Positions 49,799 through 59,707 are shown, counted from the stretch's first letter. The stretch: 64,000 nucleotides of DNA from Candidatus Moraniibacteriota bacterium (GCA_030679995.1 JAUXSK010000006.1:10328-74327), one strand, 5' to 3'. Made by a program: numbers and translations. Notes: generated from the sequence alone by a model not told the origin.

Positions 49799-50140
49799 TT
49801 AAGGTTTAGCTTTTCTGATTAGGAACAGGTCCTTCAGGACTTGATCAATGAGTTGTTTTTCGCTTTCGAAACGGACCACCTCGCGGATTTTTTGGCCGAC
49901 TTCGACGCCGATTTCTTTCCCGTACAAATCGCCGTCAAAATCCAACAGGTGCGCCTCCAGAACGTCGCGTTTTTCCGGCACGAAAATGGCGGCGACATAT
50001 TCTCCGCCGTCAAAACGGGCTTTGCCGACATAAACGCCGCTTCCGATCGCCGGGTCATCCAAAACAAGATTAGCGGTCGGAAATCCCAATGTCCGCCCTT
50101 TTTGTTTGCCCTTGATAATGACGCCTGAAATTTTACACAT
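49799..50140 (-). CDS. monofunctional riboflavin kinase (RibF C-terminal domain only)
   Basis: G...GR.LGFPTAN, GVY, EAHLLDF.GDLYG, IR....F. Confidence 0.88.
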   Translation of the reverse strand: MCKISGVIIKGKQKGRTLGFPTANLVLDDPAIGSGVYVGKARFDGGEYVAAIFVPEKRDVLEAHLLDFDGDLYGKEIGVEVGQKIREVVRFESEKQLIDQVLKDLFLIRKAKP

Positions 50141-50170
50141 AGCGCCGGTCTTTTTAAAAAAATTAATACC

Positions 50171-51010
50171 TTATGCTTTTTTCAATATCGCGGTCCATTT
50201 CAATCTCATTGCGGGATGGGTCTTGTCGCGAAATTCAGAAATCAATGTGAATTTTTTGCTTAGCATATTCTTAAATTCTTCCTCGCTTAACATAGGTTGC
50301 TGATAATCAACGCCGATGGTTAATTTCCCAACAGCTTCCGCGGGAAGCAATCCTTTATCGGCCAGCTCCTTGATTTTCAGTTCTATTTTGTGAAAATCAA
50401 AAAGCCTGTTTTCTTCGTTATAAAATTCTTCGTTATATGCTAACCGGATAATCTGCAATAAAAAATATCTGAAGTCATTGAATTTTCCAGGATTGTTTTT
50501 GTATGAATCCACATATTCCTTGAAGCTTATCACATCATCCCGGTGGACATTTATCGCTCCGAAAAACCACTCTCCTCCCGGTTTCAAAACCCGTGCTATT
50601 TTTTCAAAAAAAGCTTCAAATTCTGAAAATTTAATATTGTCCTGCGCCGAATCACTCATGACAAAGTCAAAAGTACCGTCTTTGATGGGCATATTCAGCC
50701 AGTCTGAAATTACGACCTTTTCCTTTTCATTTTTTAGTGCCATAAGGGACGTCATAGCCCGCACTGAATCAGGATTGATGTCCACAATAGTCGTATTTAT
50801 GCCGTATTTAGCCAATAAATCCCTAAATTCAGGGGTTGATCCTAATATAAGGGCACAAGGCGTCTTATTGTTTTCCAGCTTATTTTTTATTTCTTGCTCA
50901 AAAAAAGCGATTTCACCGACTGATGGCTTTCCGGGCGGCATGAACTTCGCCCAAGCTTTTGCTAACTCTTTCCAATTTTCCCGCATCCTAGTCCTCTGAA
51001 TACTGGCCAT
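50171..51010 (-). CDS. class I SAM-dependent methyltransferase-like protein (LGSTPExRD family)
   Basis: LILGSTPEFRD, VDIN, DWLNMP...FDFV, RVLKPGG. Confidence 0.75.
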   Translation of the reverse strand: MASIQRTRMRENWKELAKAWAKFMPPGKPSVGEIAFFEQEIKNKLENNKTPCALILGSTPEFRDLLAKYGINTTIVDINPDSVRAMTSLMALKNEKEKVVISDWLNMPIKDGTFDFVMSDSAQDNIKFSEFEAFFEKIARVLKPGGEWFFGAINVHRDDVISFKEYVDSYKNNPGKFNDFRYFLLQIIRLAYNEEFYNEENRLFDFHKIELKIKELADKGLLPAEAVGKLTIGVDYQQPMLSEEEFKNMLSKKFTLISEFRDKTHPAMRLKWTAILKKA

Positions 51011-51109
51011 AGTGTGACAAATTAACATTTATATTTCTGGTTATCTTTATCGGCATCGCTGTCAATCATATGCCATATTTACATTTTTTCATATTATACA
51101 ATATGGGCA

Positions 51110-51979
51110 TTACTTTTTTACCTGACCGAAATAAATTTTATAACATGTCAAGGCCCTATTTGCCGCGCTGTTTCTGATTGATTTGATAATAAAACTTCTG
51201 CTGATGATATCATCAACGACTTCCTTCGGTGGAAATGTAGCCCTGAATCCATGCCAAAAAGTCTTTAGAAAATCAAATTGTTTTTTTGTGATAATTCCAC
51301 CTTTTATGAACTTCTCCAGTTGATCATCGAAGTCTTGAAAATTTTTAAGGTGTTGTTTGCCTTCAAAATCCTTCATCCCGATAATGCATGACCAGTAATA
51401 ATAATTTTTGTCATCCCGGGTGAAAATATTATTTTTGAAAGCGGCTATCATATCATCCACGTCAAGAGTCTCGTTTTTTTCAACCGTAACGACGTTCTTT
51501 ATCAAGTGGCCGTCTTTTTTCAAAAGCCTTGCCTGCTCAGCGAAAAACGCTCCCCACTTTTCAAATGGGATATGGCACACCCCGTGGTCGCAAAGAATGA
51601 CATCGAATGAGTCCGATCTCAGTGGAATTTCAAGCCAATTTGAAACCACTACCTTTTCCTTCCCGTCCGAATATTCCAAGAGCTGATCCATGGCATTAAT
51701 CATGTCTGAGTTTATATCGACGATGGTGACATCAACATCATATTTAGCCAATAAATCCCTAAGCTCCGGTGTCGCACCTAAAATCAACGCCTGGATCTTC
51801 TTCTTGGATTTATTGACTATCTTTTGGATATAATCCTCATATATCTCAATTTCATATCGGGAGGGACGATCAGGTGACATAACCCTGCCCCATTCTTCTG
51901 AAATGCTGGTCCATCCTTTCTTGTTTAATACTGGTTTTTTTGACATATTTTTAACTTTTAGTGATTTCGCTTTTTCCAT
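51110..51979 (-). CDS. class I SAM-dependent methyltransferase-like protein
   Basis: LILGATPELRD, VDIN, NWLEIP...FDVILCD, LLKKDG. Confidence 0.75.
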   Translation of the reverse strand: MEKAKSLKVKNMSKKPVLNKKGWTSISEEWGRVMSPDRPSRYEIEIYEDYIQKIVNKSKKKIQALILGATPELRDLLAKYDVDVTIVDINSDMINAMDQLLEYSDGKEKVVVSNWLEIPLRSDSFDVILCDHGVCHIPFEKWGAFFAEQARLLKKDGHLIKNVVTVEKNETLDVDDMIAAFKNNIFTRDDKNYYYWSCIIGMKDFEGKQHLKNFQDFDDQLEKFIKGGIITKKQFDFLKTFWHGFRATFPPKEVVDDIISRSFIIKSIRNSAANRALTCYKIYFGQVKK

Positions 51980-51997
51980 CAATCCCCTTATTATATA

Positions 51998-52855
51998 CTA
52001 TTTTTTGGCTTTACAAAACCAAAAGGGTGAAGTTTCCGGATATAGATAATCATGCGAAATGCTTTCTTCAATAACTTCAAAAAATGGCGCGATAAGCTTC
52101 CTCAATTCCTTTGGGTATGCGGTTTGCCATGTCTTAGACGATGTATCACCCCAAAATGAGAACAGATTATGGATTAATCTTGTTGTTTTAGGCATAATTT
52201 TTCCCGCAACGATAATTTTATTATTTTTCCAAAAAGGCGCGATATTTCTCTTAACTTCATCCAGGGAAATAGTATGATTTTTTGAATCATATGTGTCAGT
52301 CAAAAGATGGAAAAACAACTCCATATGACGCTGTTTGGTATAAGATAATTTCTCATATTGCTCCAATGTTTTTTCAATCGGTTGAATTTTCCAATTCTCA
52401 GGCATGGTCGTGACCCGATGGATATAATAGCCACCCGGTTTCAGGATCCGCTTGATATTCCTGTGGAATTTAACCCATTGATCGCGCGGTACATTTCCCC
52501 AGGTCAGATCGCCCAGGACGATGTCAAAAAAATTGTCTGCCAATGGGTTTTCCGCCCAATCGCCCTTCACCAGGATATCTCTATCGCTTTCCGGAACGAA
52601 TTTATTCATCGTCAAAATCATTTCCAGATTCACATCTATGCAAGTCACTTCCAGCGGAAATTTATGTAGGACGTTCCTGACTTCCGGGGTAGCGCCCAAA
52701 ACCAATGCCCGACCGGACTTCTTTCCCGAAGCCTTTTTTACATACATAGCATATTTTGTACAATCCTCCTCGGATGGCCTTCCGGGTGGAGTATAATACT
52801 TCTCCCAATTCTCAGCTACTTTTTTCCACGGTGCGGCGAATGAATCTTTTTTCAT
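51998..52855 (-). CDS. class I SAM-dependent methyltransferase-like protein
   Basis: LVLGATPEVRN, IDVN, GDW...FDIVLGD, ILKPGG. Confidence 0.75.
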   Translation of the reverse strand: MKKDSFAAPWKKVAENWEKYYTPPGRPSEEDCTKYAMYVKKASGKKSGRALVLGATPEVRNVLHKFPLEVTCIDVNLEMILTMNKFVPESDRDILVKGDWAENPLADNFFDIVLGDLTWGNVPRDQWVKFHRNIKRILKPGGYYIHRVTTMPENWKIQPIEKTLEQYEKLSYTKQRHMELFFHLLTDTYDSKNHTISLDEVKRNIAPFWKNNKIIVAGKIMPKTTRLIHNLFSFWGDTSSKTWQTAYPKELRKLIAPFFEVIEESISHDYLYPETSPFWFCKAKK

Positions 52856-52887
52856 ATTTTATTTCGGTAAATTTACCCGTTAAAAAT

Positions 52888-53745
52888 TTATTTCTTTTTT
52901 AGGACATAATCCCTTCTGAAAGCCATAATCGGATGGGATCTATCGGTGTATATTTCCTTGATTGTATAAAACTGCCTCAGAAAATTATCATTCTCCCTAA
53001 TGTTATCAAAGGCAATTTCAACGTAAGAGCTCATGTCCTCATCTTTCATCCATTGAAGTTTTCCAAAATCTATCTTGTTAATAACACCCTTCCTTATAAG
53101 TTCTTCCAACCCCTTGGTGATTCCTTTGAAATAAAACTCTTTCTTTTTTCGATTATACAGGCCTGGCTCTTGATAGAGGCGATGTAACGACCAAATCCTA
53201 TTCTTAAAATCCTTGAAATAGGCCGGGTCTTTCTTATATTTAGCTATCAAGTCCCCGAATCTCCAAGGATTTCTAATTTGATACACCCAGGCCGCTAAAT
53301 AAAACAACCCTTCTTTTTTAAGCGATCCGTTTATGTTATTGATAAATTTCACCCATGTATTAAGGGCTATGTTGCATAATGGTCCGTCAGAGAAAACCAA
53401 ATCAAAATATTCTTCTGGCAACTTCACGCTCAACCAGTTATCAATTGTTAATTTTTCCTTAGGATTTTTACGCTTCATTAACTTATCCATCGCTTTTTTC
53501 ATCGTAGGATTGACATCAACCACCGTGGTCTCTATTTCATATTTCGCCAGCAGATCCCGTATTTCCGGAGTCGAACCGAATATCAAAGCTTTCGGGCTCT
53601 TTTCTTTTTTGAGAATATCCTTGATCATTTTCTCACAAAAAGCGATATCATTCTTATTTGGCCGCCACGGCGACTCCGTCTTGCCCCACATATCGTAATA
53701 GCCGGCCCAGGCTTGGTTATAAACTTTTGGTTTTTTTGGCGTCAT
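52888..53745 (-). CDS. class I SAM-dependent methyltransferase-like protein
   Basis: LIFGSTPEIRD, VDVN, NW...FDLVFSD, LKKEG. Confidence 0.75.
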   Translation of the reverse strand: MTPKKPKVYNQAWAGYYDMWGKTESPWRPNKNDIAFCEKMIKDILKKEKSPKALIFGSTPEIRDLLAKYEIETTVVDVNPTMKKAMDKLMKRKNPKEKLTIDNWLSVKLPEEYFDLVFSDGPLCNIALNTWVKFINNINGSLKKEGLFYLAAWVYQIRNPWRFGDLIAKYKKDPAYFKDFKNRIWSLHRLYQEPGLYNRKKKEFYFKGITKGLEELIRKGVINKIDFGKLQWMKDEDMSSYVEIAFDNIRENDNFLRQFYTIKEIYTDRSHPIMAFRRDYVLKKK

Positions 53746-53750
53746 AAGGG

Positions 53751-54650
53751 TTATTTTTTGCCTAACAAATACATCGGTGACGCTTTCGTGATGATTTTTC
53801 CGTAGTCGTCGGCAAAAAGCGTTTTTTTGATTATGAAATACTCTTCCAGCATCCGTTTATTTTCTTCGAAGGTGTTGAATGTCCAATATTTCGATTTGTA
53901 CGGTGCCCAAGCCTTCATCATCCGTTGGCACATCATCTTGAGCAGGATATCGTCCTCGCTCCGGGCCGGATCCAATTTCTTTCCGAATTTTTCGAGTTCC
54001 GGCCAAAAATACGAAAGCGACGCTTTCTTCTCGTCATTCAATGACCGGCTTGCCCAGATAAGCGTGTTTGCCGCCATATTGGCCGCTTTTTTCATCGAGT
54101 ATTCCTCATCGCGCGCCTGATCCAAGAAAGACTTGAACGCTTGTTTGACACTTCCTATCTTGCATTCGTCGATAAATACGCAATCGCGGGTGATGAATGA
54201 GCCGTCCTCTTTCAAGAGCGATTCCAAATTGGAAAAATAAGCGTGTTTATGCCTGTCCCCGATATTGCCGTTTACGAAATCCCCGATTATGACATCGAAT
54301 TTTTTATCAAACCGCATATCGACCCAGTTCGCGGATACGAATTTTTCCTGGGCGTTTTTAAAGTCGGTAAGCGCCGACATAGCGTCGAACATTTCACGCG
54401 TCATATCTGCGCAGATCACTTTCGCGCCGTGGGTCATGGAAAATCTAAAAAGCACGTCGCGGATTTCCGGCGTGGATCCGAGCAATAGGATATCGGGGTT
54501 TTTCCGGTTTTTCAGGGCCGCCCTAAGCAAAAAATTGTAATTGGCGATATCCCCTCTGCTTGGCCGGCTTGGCTCGGTAAAATTCTCCCAATGCTTGGAA
54601 ATCCTGGCCCATTTTTTCTGATGATTTTTAAATTTTTCCGTGATTTTCAT
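53751..54650 (-). CDS. class I SAM-dependent methyltransferase-like protein
   Basis: LLLGSTPEIRD, ADMT, NW...FDVIIGD, LLKEDG; start placed at MKITEK (54650). Confidence 0.75.
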   Translation of the reverse strand: MKITEKFKNHQKKWARISKHWENFTEPSRPSRGDIANYNFLLRAALKNRKNPDILLLGSTPEIRDVLFRFSMTHGAKVICADMTREMFDAMSALTDFKNAQEKFVSANWVDMRFDKKFDVIIGDFVNGNIGDRHKHAYFSNLESLLKEDGSFITRDCVFIDECKIGSVKQAFKSFLDQARDEEYSMKKAANMAANTLIWASRSLNDEKKASLSYFWPELEKFGKKLDPARSEDDILLKMMCQRMMKAWAPYKSKYWTFNTFEENKRMLEEYFIIKKTLFADDYGKIITKASPMYLLGKK

Positions 54651-54651
54651 C

Positions 54652-55509
54652 CTATTTTTTGATTGATTTGTAAAAAATAAAATTTTTAACAAATGATCCG
54701 GAAGGCATTTTATCGATAATTTTAAAATCTTTGCTGAATATGATGTCCTGTTCATTTTCCGTAACCGCGCGCCACATCTTAGGCGGATTATCCGGAAAGA
54801 GTTTGTTGAATTTCTGATATAGCGCATCGATGAACTTATCCCCGTAAACACCTTTGAATCTCGAGATGTTTATTTTATTGTTGATATTTATTACGATTTT
54901 TGTTTCATCATCATAACTTAGATCCAGCAATAATATTTGAAGTATGGATAAATCTCGTTTGTTGATCGTTCCCTTGGCAGATATCCGTTTAAAAAGCTTA
55001 TCGATCAGAACCTCGACATTTTTATTATCAATATGGACGTACGCTCTTTCGATGAAAACCCCGCTTTTTTTTAGCAATGTAGCCATATGCGCCATCCATA
55101 ATTTCGACTTTTCCCAGGGCATATTGCTGCTGACCGCATCACCCAATATCGCATCGAAATAATTTCCAGCCAACGGGACGGCGTCCCACCCGCTTTTTAT
55201 CCAAATTTCTTTTTCGATATTGCTTTTATGCTCCATCAATTCCGACATCGCTATCATCATTTCAATGTTAATATCGACGATGGTAACTTCAGCATCATAT
55301 TTGTGGGCCAAGTCGCGCATTTCAGGGGTTGATCCCAATACTAAAATTTTTGGCTTTTTTATACCCCCTAGGGAAGTTCTGAGGAGTTTATCATAAATTT
55401 CCAAATCATCCCTTGACGGCCTCACTGGATCGGTTATCCCTTTCCATTTTATCGCTAATTTAGGCCACCAATCCGTATCATTCTTGATGGGATAGTTTTT
55501 GACAGGCAT
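54652..55509 (-). CDS. class I SAM-dependent methyltransferase-like protein
   Basis: LVLGSTPEMRD, VDIN, GW...FDAILGD, LLKKSG. Confidence 0.75.
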   Translation of the reverse strand: MPVKNYPIKNDTDWWPKLAIKWKGITDPVRPSRDDLEIYDKLLRTSLGGIKKPKILVLGSTPEMRDLAHKYDAEVTIVDINIEMMIAMSELMEHKSNIEKEIWIKSGWDAVPLAGNYFDAILGDAVSSNMPWEKSKLWMAHMATLLKKSGVFIERAYVHIDNKNVEVLIDKLFKRISAKGTINKRDLSILQILLLDLSYDDETKIVININNKINISRFKGVYGDKFIDALYQKFNKLFPDNPPKMWRAVTENEQDIIFSKDFKIIDKMPSGSFVKNFIFYKSIKK

Positions 55510-55530
55510 ATTTTTTTATTACGGATCAAT

Positions 55531-56979
55531 TTATGTTTCGTATGTTTCCAGGGCTTTTTTGAAAATATCCAAAATTTCCTTGAACTCTTCTTCCGTTTCG
55601 CTGCCGGCGGCTATCCGGATCCTTTCCGGCCAATATTCCCCCAGGCTCAAAACCCAAGTCTTCGGATGTCCGAAACTTCCTCCCAGACCTATCTTGTCAC
55701 CAGCGATCTCTTTCAATGTTTTTACGAATTGGGGGGCATCGGCTATCTTGATATTGAAGAGCGTGACAAGGCCTTCCGGCGCGATTTCTTTGGCTAATTC
55801 GCTCTGGGCATGCTCAGGCAGGTTTGGATGTTCGACCTCGCCCACTTTCCCGCTTCCGCTCAGCATTTTCGCCAACTCAAGGGCGTTTTCAGCATGGCGT
55901 TTCATAATTTCCGGCATAATTCCCATCAAGTCCTTGGGTATCTCTTTTTCCGCGATCGGCTGCAAATAGCTTCCGATCATAGCCCGGAATTTTTTTATTT
56001 CCTTTATTTTCTCCGCGTTATCGGAGTACGCGACGCCCATAGTGATTTTGTCTCGGCCTGCCTGATAGTGCTTTGTCGCGCTTTCCACGACGACCAATTC
56101 GACAGGGCTGCCTTTTACATCTTCCAATGGATTGTACAGGACCGGCGACGGCAAAGTATTGTCGATAATAACGGATAATTTTTCCCTGCTATTTTTTCGG
56201 ACGTATCGCACCGCCTTGGAAATTTCCCTGATCGATTCTTCCCTACCACAACCTGTTTGCCGTTCAAATTCCCGCAAAGCCTTGCGGAAAACGAACGGGT
56301 TTTTGCCCTCTTCGAATTCACTGATTTCTTCGGACAACATTTTCTTTAAATTTCCTAGTTCGGATCCTGCCTTGGAATTAGGGACTTTTTCAGCCGAAGG
56401 GTCTTGCGGACCGCTTGCAGGCGTCACAAGCGGATAATTCTTGATTGAAAAATATTTTTCAATCAATTTTTCCGAAGTGAGATTTTCCCGGTAATCCCGG
56501 TTGGCGCTCTCGGCGATAGACATTAACCGCTTTATGTCGCAAACCTGCATATCCTGGGAATTCGCGACGCTTTCAAGGAAAATCAACCTGGGTTTTTTCG
56601 TTTCTATGACTTCCGCGATTTCCTCCATATTTCCCGGATCCACGGCAATCACCTCGACCCCTCTGTTTTTCATCGTATCCACTATCGCGTTGGATTGTTC
56701 ATACATCTCTTTGGCGCATATGACCACGTCTCCGATTTTCAATCCCTCGGCTTCGATCGCGGTATCGATCGCGGCCATACCGTCATTAAACAAGGCGCAG
56801 TCCGCCGATCCCATCATCTCGGAAAATTCCTTCTCGCGCTCCGCCAGTTTCGAATAGCCATAACGGGCGTAAAAATCGAATTCCTCGCCCTTCGCATACT
56901 TTTCCACTTCGACAGCCTGCTTGTCGAGCGATTTGAAGTCCCTGCTGATAGTCCCCTCGAACACATTTTTTTCCGGCAT
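55531..56979 (-). CDS. PLP-dependent Cys/Met metabolism (cystathionine gamma-synthase/methionine gamma-lyase-like) enzyme with large insertion
   Basis: YARYG, GMAAI, FLESVAN, IIDNT, ESATKH (PLP Lys), SFG, RIAAG.E. Confidence 0.75.
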   Translation of the reverse strand: MPEKNVFEGTISRDFKSLDKQAVEVEKYAKGEEFDFYARYGYSKLAEREKEFSEMMGSADCALFNDGMAAIDTAIEAEGLKIGDVVICAKEMYEQSNAIVDTMKNRGVEVIAVDPGNMEEIAEVIETKKPRLIFLESVANSQDMQVCDIKRLMSIAESANRDYRENLTSEKLIEKYFSIKNYPLVTPASGPQDPSAEKVPNSKAGSELGNLKKMLSEEISEFEEGKNPFVFRKALREFERQTGCGREESIREISKAVRYVRKNSREKLSVIIDNTLPSPVLYNPLEDVKGSPVELVVVESATKHYQAGRDKITMGVAYSDNAEKIKEIKKFRAMIGSYLQPIAEKEIPKDLMGIMPEIMKRHAENALELAKMLSGSGKVGEVEHPNLPEHAQSELAKEIAPEGLVTLFNIKIADAPQFVKTLKEIAGDKIGLGGSFGHPKTWVLSLGEYWPERIRIAAGSETEEEFKEILDIFKKALETYET

Positions 56980-57088
56980 AGTTTTTATTTATTCCCCATT
57001 ATTACTAAAAATTATCCAAGCGCTGACGATGATAAAAACAAATATCGCGGCAATGATCAATATCATATTCATATTTATATTTCCAATT

Positions 57089-57493
57089 TTATTTCTCGGA
57101 CTTTTCCTTTTTGATTATCCTCCAATGCACCAGCAAAATCGGCAAGGCTATGACGATCATAGTCAAGGCATCCACCACGTTCGATTGGCGTTGCGCGCTA
57201 TAACATTCTTCGCCGGTATTGGCGGCTTTCCATTGGTCGTAGTCGCGTAGGAGATTTTCCAGTTGGATTTTTTGATCCGCCGTAGCTACTCCGGCAAAGC
57301 TGTTTTTGTCCAAGGCATAAACCGGCGGCTGTTGGTTGCATTGGTTATATCCGCCTTTCTCCGCTTTCGGGAAAAGATAATATTTCAACCCGGTATTCAA
57401 CAGCGTCCCGGTGCCGATGCCGGTGAAAATCAGGCTCACCGCCACGGCCAGATACAAATAAATGGTGCGGATCAACTTCACTTTGTCGGTCAT
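57089..57493 (-). CDS. DUF5671-like membrane protein
   Basis: IRTIYLY N-terminal TM; C-terminal P...HWR pattern. Confidence 0.55.
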   Translation of the reverse strand: MTDKVKLIRTIYLYLAVAVSLIFTGIGTGTLLNTGLKYYLFPKAEKGGYNQCNQQPPVYALDKNSFAGVATADQKIQLENLLRDYDQWKAANTGEECYSAQRQSNVVDALTMIVIALPILLVHWRIIKKEKSEK

Positions 57494-57511
57494 ATTTTTG
57501 TTATTAAAAAA

Positions 57512-58222
57512 TTATTTATTGAACAAAACTTTGACTGGAAAGATTATGACCGCCCGGAAAATCCTTTTCGCCCGATATTTCGGCTCCTGCAAAAAACGCC
57601 ATAGCCACTCGAAACCCGCTTTTCTAATACACTCCGGCGCCCTTTTTATTTTACCGGTCAAGAAATCAAAGCTTCCGCCCACGCCCATCGCTAACCGTAT
57701 TTTACTATTTTCTTGGTTTTTTAGCGAGTGGATGAATTTTTCCTGGTAGGGCGCGCCGAAGTTGCAGAAAACTATCTCGTAACCCGTAATCCGTGATCCG
57801 TGATCCGGATCATTGATGTCTGCTACCGCCCCGTCAACCTGTAAGCTTGGATGTTTTTTTAAAATCGCGCTTTTCATTTCTTCCCAGCTGCTTAGGGCGC
57901 CCCCGTAACTCGCCAAAAATACCGATAACTTTTCCCTATCAGCAAGTCCCAGGATTTCCGACATCAAATCGATCCCCGTCATCCGGCTTTTCAAATATTT
58001 GTCGAAACGCAAGAATGCGAACCGGATGCCGACACCGTCAGCGACATTTAAATCGCACCCGTTCAAAATATTTTTAAACTCCCTGTCTTCCTGCGCCTGC
58101 AGGATGAACTCCGGATTGACGGTGGCCACTTGGTGGAATTTTTCTTCTTGTAAAAAAAATTTTATTTTATCCGAAATTTCCCTCCGGTCGAGATTGTCGA
58201 TTTTAATTCCTAATATATCCAT
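57512..58222 (-). CDS. WecB/TagA/CpsF glycosyltransferase (GT26)
   Basis: TVNPE, ADGVG, R.TG.DL, GAPYQE, GVGGSFD, RAP...EWLWR. Confidence 0.92.
   Translation of the reverse strand: MDILGIKIDNLDRREISDKIKFFLQEEKFHQVATVNPEFILQAQEDREFKNILNGCDLNVADGVGIRFAFLRFDKYLKSRMTGIDLMSEILGLADREKLSVFLASYGGALSSWEEMKSAILKKHPSLQVDGAVADINDPDHGSRITGYEIVFCNFGAPYQEKFIHSLKNQENSKIRLAMGVGGSFDFLTGKIKRAPECIRKAGFEWLWRFLQEPKYRAKRIFRAVIIFPVKVLFNK
57784..57810 (+). repeat. heptamer tandem repeat (CCGTGAT x3-4) inside tagA/wecB gene
   Basis: ccgtaat ccgtgat ccgtgat ccggat. Confidence 0.55.
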
Positions 58223-58232
58223 GGCACGGATA

Positions 58233-58775
58233 TTAATTTAATTCGCAACTCTCAATGATCGCATATTCCATCCCATCCCCTTCGAAATTGCTCGCCATCA
58301 CGTCCACGCTTTCCGCCGTGACCAGTAATGGGAATTCTTTCCTGATAGACGGCCTTTCCGGTAATTCATCCCATTTGTTTTTGCGAATTTTCCCCAAAGT
58401 GATGTGTGGACGGAATTCTTTTTTGGAACTGGTGAAAATGCCCAGCTCCTTTTCGATTTTTTCAACCAGGTTCTTGAGCGCTTCGCTGGCCTGGCCCGCG
58501 ACCCAAACCATCCGCGGATCTTCCGCTGTCGGTCCCAATCCGATCGAGTCGAATTCGATATCGAAAATCTCGCTATTTTCGGTTACCCTGGCGACTTTCT
58601 CGCACACCGCATAGGTCGAATCATCGTCCACAAAACCCAAAAAAAGCAAGGTTATGTGCAGATTCTCCTCTTTGCTCCACTTCACCGGCAACTCCTGCCA
58701 GCTTTCCGTGGCTTTGACAAGGCGTTTTTTCGTCCGGCTGGGCAGGTTTATGCTGATGAAAATTTTTCTCTTCAT
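58233..58775 (-). CDS. thpR: RNA 2',3'-cyclic phosphodiesterase (2H phosphoesterase)
   Basis: Two HxT motifs: LHITL.FLG and F.PHITL. Confidence 0.9.
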   Translation of the reverse strand: MKRKIFISINLPSRTKKRLVKATESWQELPVKWSKEENLHITLLFLGFVDDDSTYAVCEKVARVTENSEIFDIEFDSIGLGPTAEDPRMVWVAGQASEALKNLVEKIEKELGIFTSSKKEFRPHITLGKIRKNKWDELPERPSIRKEFPLLVTAESVDVMASNFEGDGMEYAIIESCELN

Positions 58776-58910
58776 TCTTGGATTCTAGCCTATTTGAAGC
58801 CTAGAAGCAAGTTCAGTCTGGAGATTTCTATCTGAAAAGGTTAATAAGAGCTATTCTCGTATATAAAATACTCCGTACTACCATCTCAGTTAAATTTTTA
58901 AAAATATCGC

Positions 58911-59336
58911 TTAATGTTTGTCAGGATTGTATATCTTTACAAACTCCGCGACATTCGGAAAAAGTTTTTCTTGCAAGGCTTCTTCTTTAGTAAAAAATCT
59001 CAGCTCCACACATTCGTCAGATGGTTTGAAATCCAAATTTTTTACTTTAGCTTCGTAAATAACATTAGCAGTCCACCACTGGCCGCTTCTGACCGGAGCC
59101 GTCAAAAAATATGCCGGCTGTTCTTTGACAGAAACCACCTCAAGCCCCATTTCCTCTCTTATTTCCCGCGCCAGGCATTCCAACGGCTTTTCACCGAAAT
59201 CCAATCCCCCGCCGGGAAGTTCCCACAATCCCTTGTCTTCAAGCACGAGCAAAAATCTCTTTTCATCATCAAGAATCAAAGCCTTGGCGCTTATCCGATA
59301 AAAGCAATCCGGAATTTTTGTAATTTCATTTTGCAT
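58911..59336 (-). CDS. NUDIX hydrolase
   Basis: PGGGLDFGE...LAREIREEMG Nudix box. Confidence 0.9.
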   Translation of the reverse strand: MQNEITKIPDCFYRISAKALILDDEKRFLLVLEDKGLWELPGGGLDFGEKPLECLAREIREEMGLEVVSVKEQPAYFLTAPVRSGQWWTANVIYEAKVKNLDFKPSDECVELRFFTKEEALQEKLFPNVAEFVKIYNPDKH

Positions 59337-59340
59337 AACA

Positions 59341-59706
59341 TTATTGTTTATTTTTCTTACACCAACCAATTATAAACAGAATGCCTATCAAAAAAGCTAT
59401 TCCCGAAATTTGCATGGCCCAAACTACCAAATACCACTCGAACGGATTTCCCATCAACAACGCGATGTAGAGCAATCCAGCCAGAATAAACGCCACGCCT
59501 CCGACAATTTCATATTTCCAGGAAATTATGAGCACGCCCAGCAAAACAAGCATCGGGATATTATGCATGAAAAACGCCAAGACGGTTTGCCAAAAACTAA
59601 GCCCGTTGCCAAAAACATCCAAAGACATCAATGCCAAGAAGCAAATAAATATGATTGATAGGATTCTGGGTGTCCAATACAAGCCCTTGCTGAGGGTACT
59701 TTTCAT
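59341..59706 (-). CDS. four-TM hypothetical membrane protein
   Basis: W.PRIL...F...SLDVF...MHNIP, a conserved-looking membrane protein pattern. Confidence 0.6.
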   Translation of the reverse strand: MKSTLSKGLYWTPRILSIIFICFLALMSLDVFGNGLSFWQTVLAFFMHNIPMLVLLGVLIISWKYEIVGGVAFILAGLLYIALLMGNPFEWYLVVWAMQISGIAFLIGILFIIGWCKKNKQ

Positions 59707-59707
59707 A

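Noticed and set aside
54651-54851. N-terminal extension of the 366-aa methyltransferase ORF
   Set aside because: It overlaps the upstream paralogue, and alignment with the other copies supports a start at 54650.
7119-58775. RtcB plus ThpR as a joint RNA repair module
   Set aside because: The genes are about 50 kb apart in unrelated contexts, and thpR is a common stand-alone gene.
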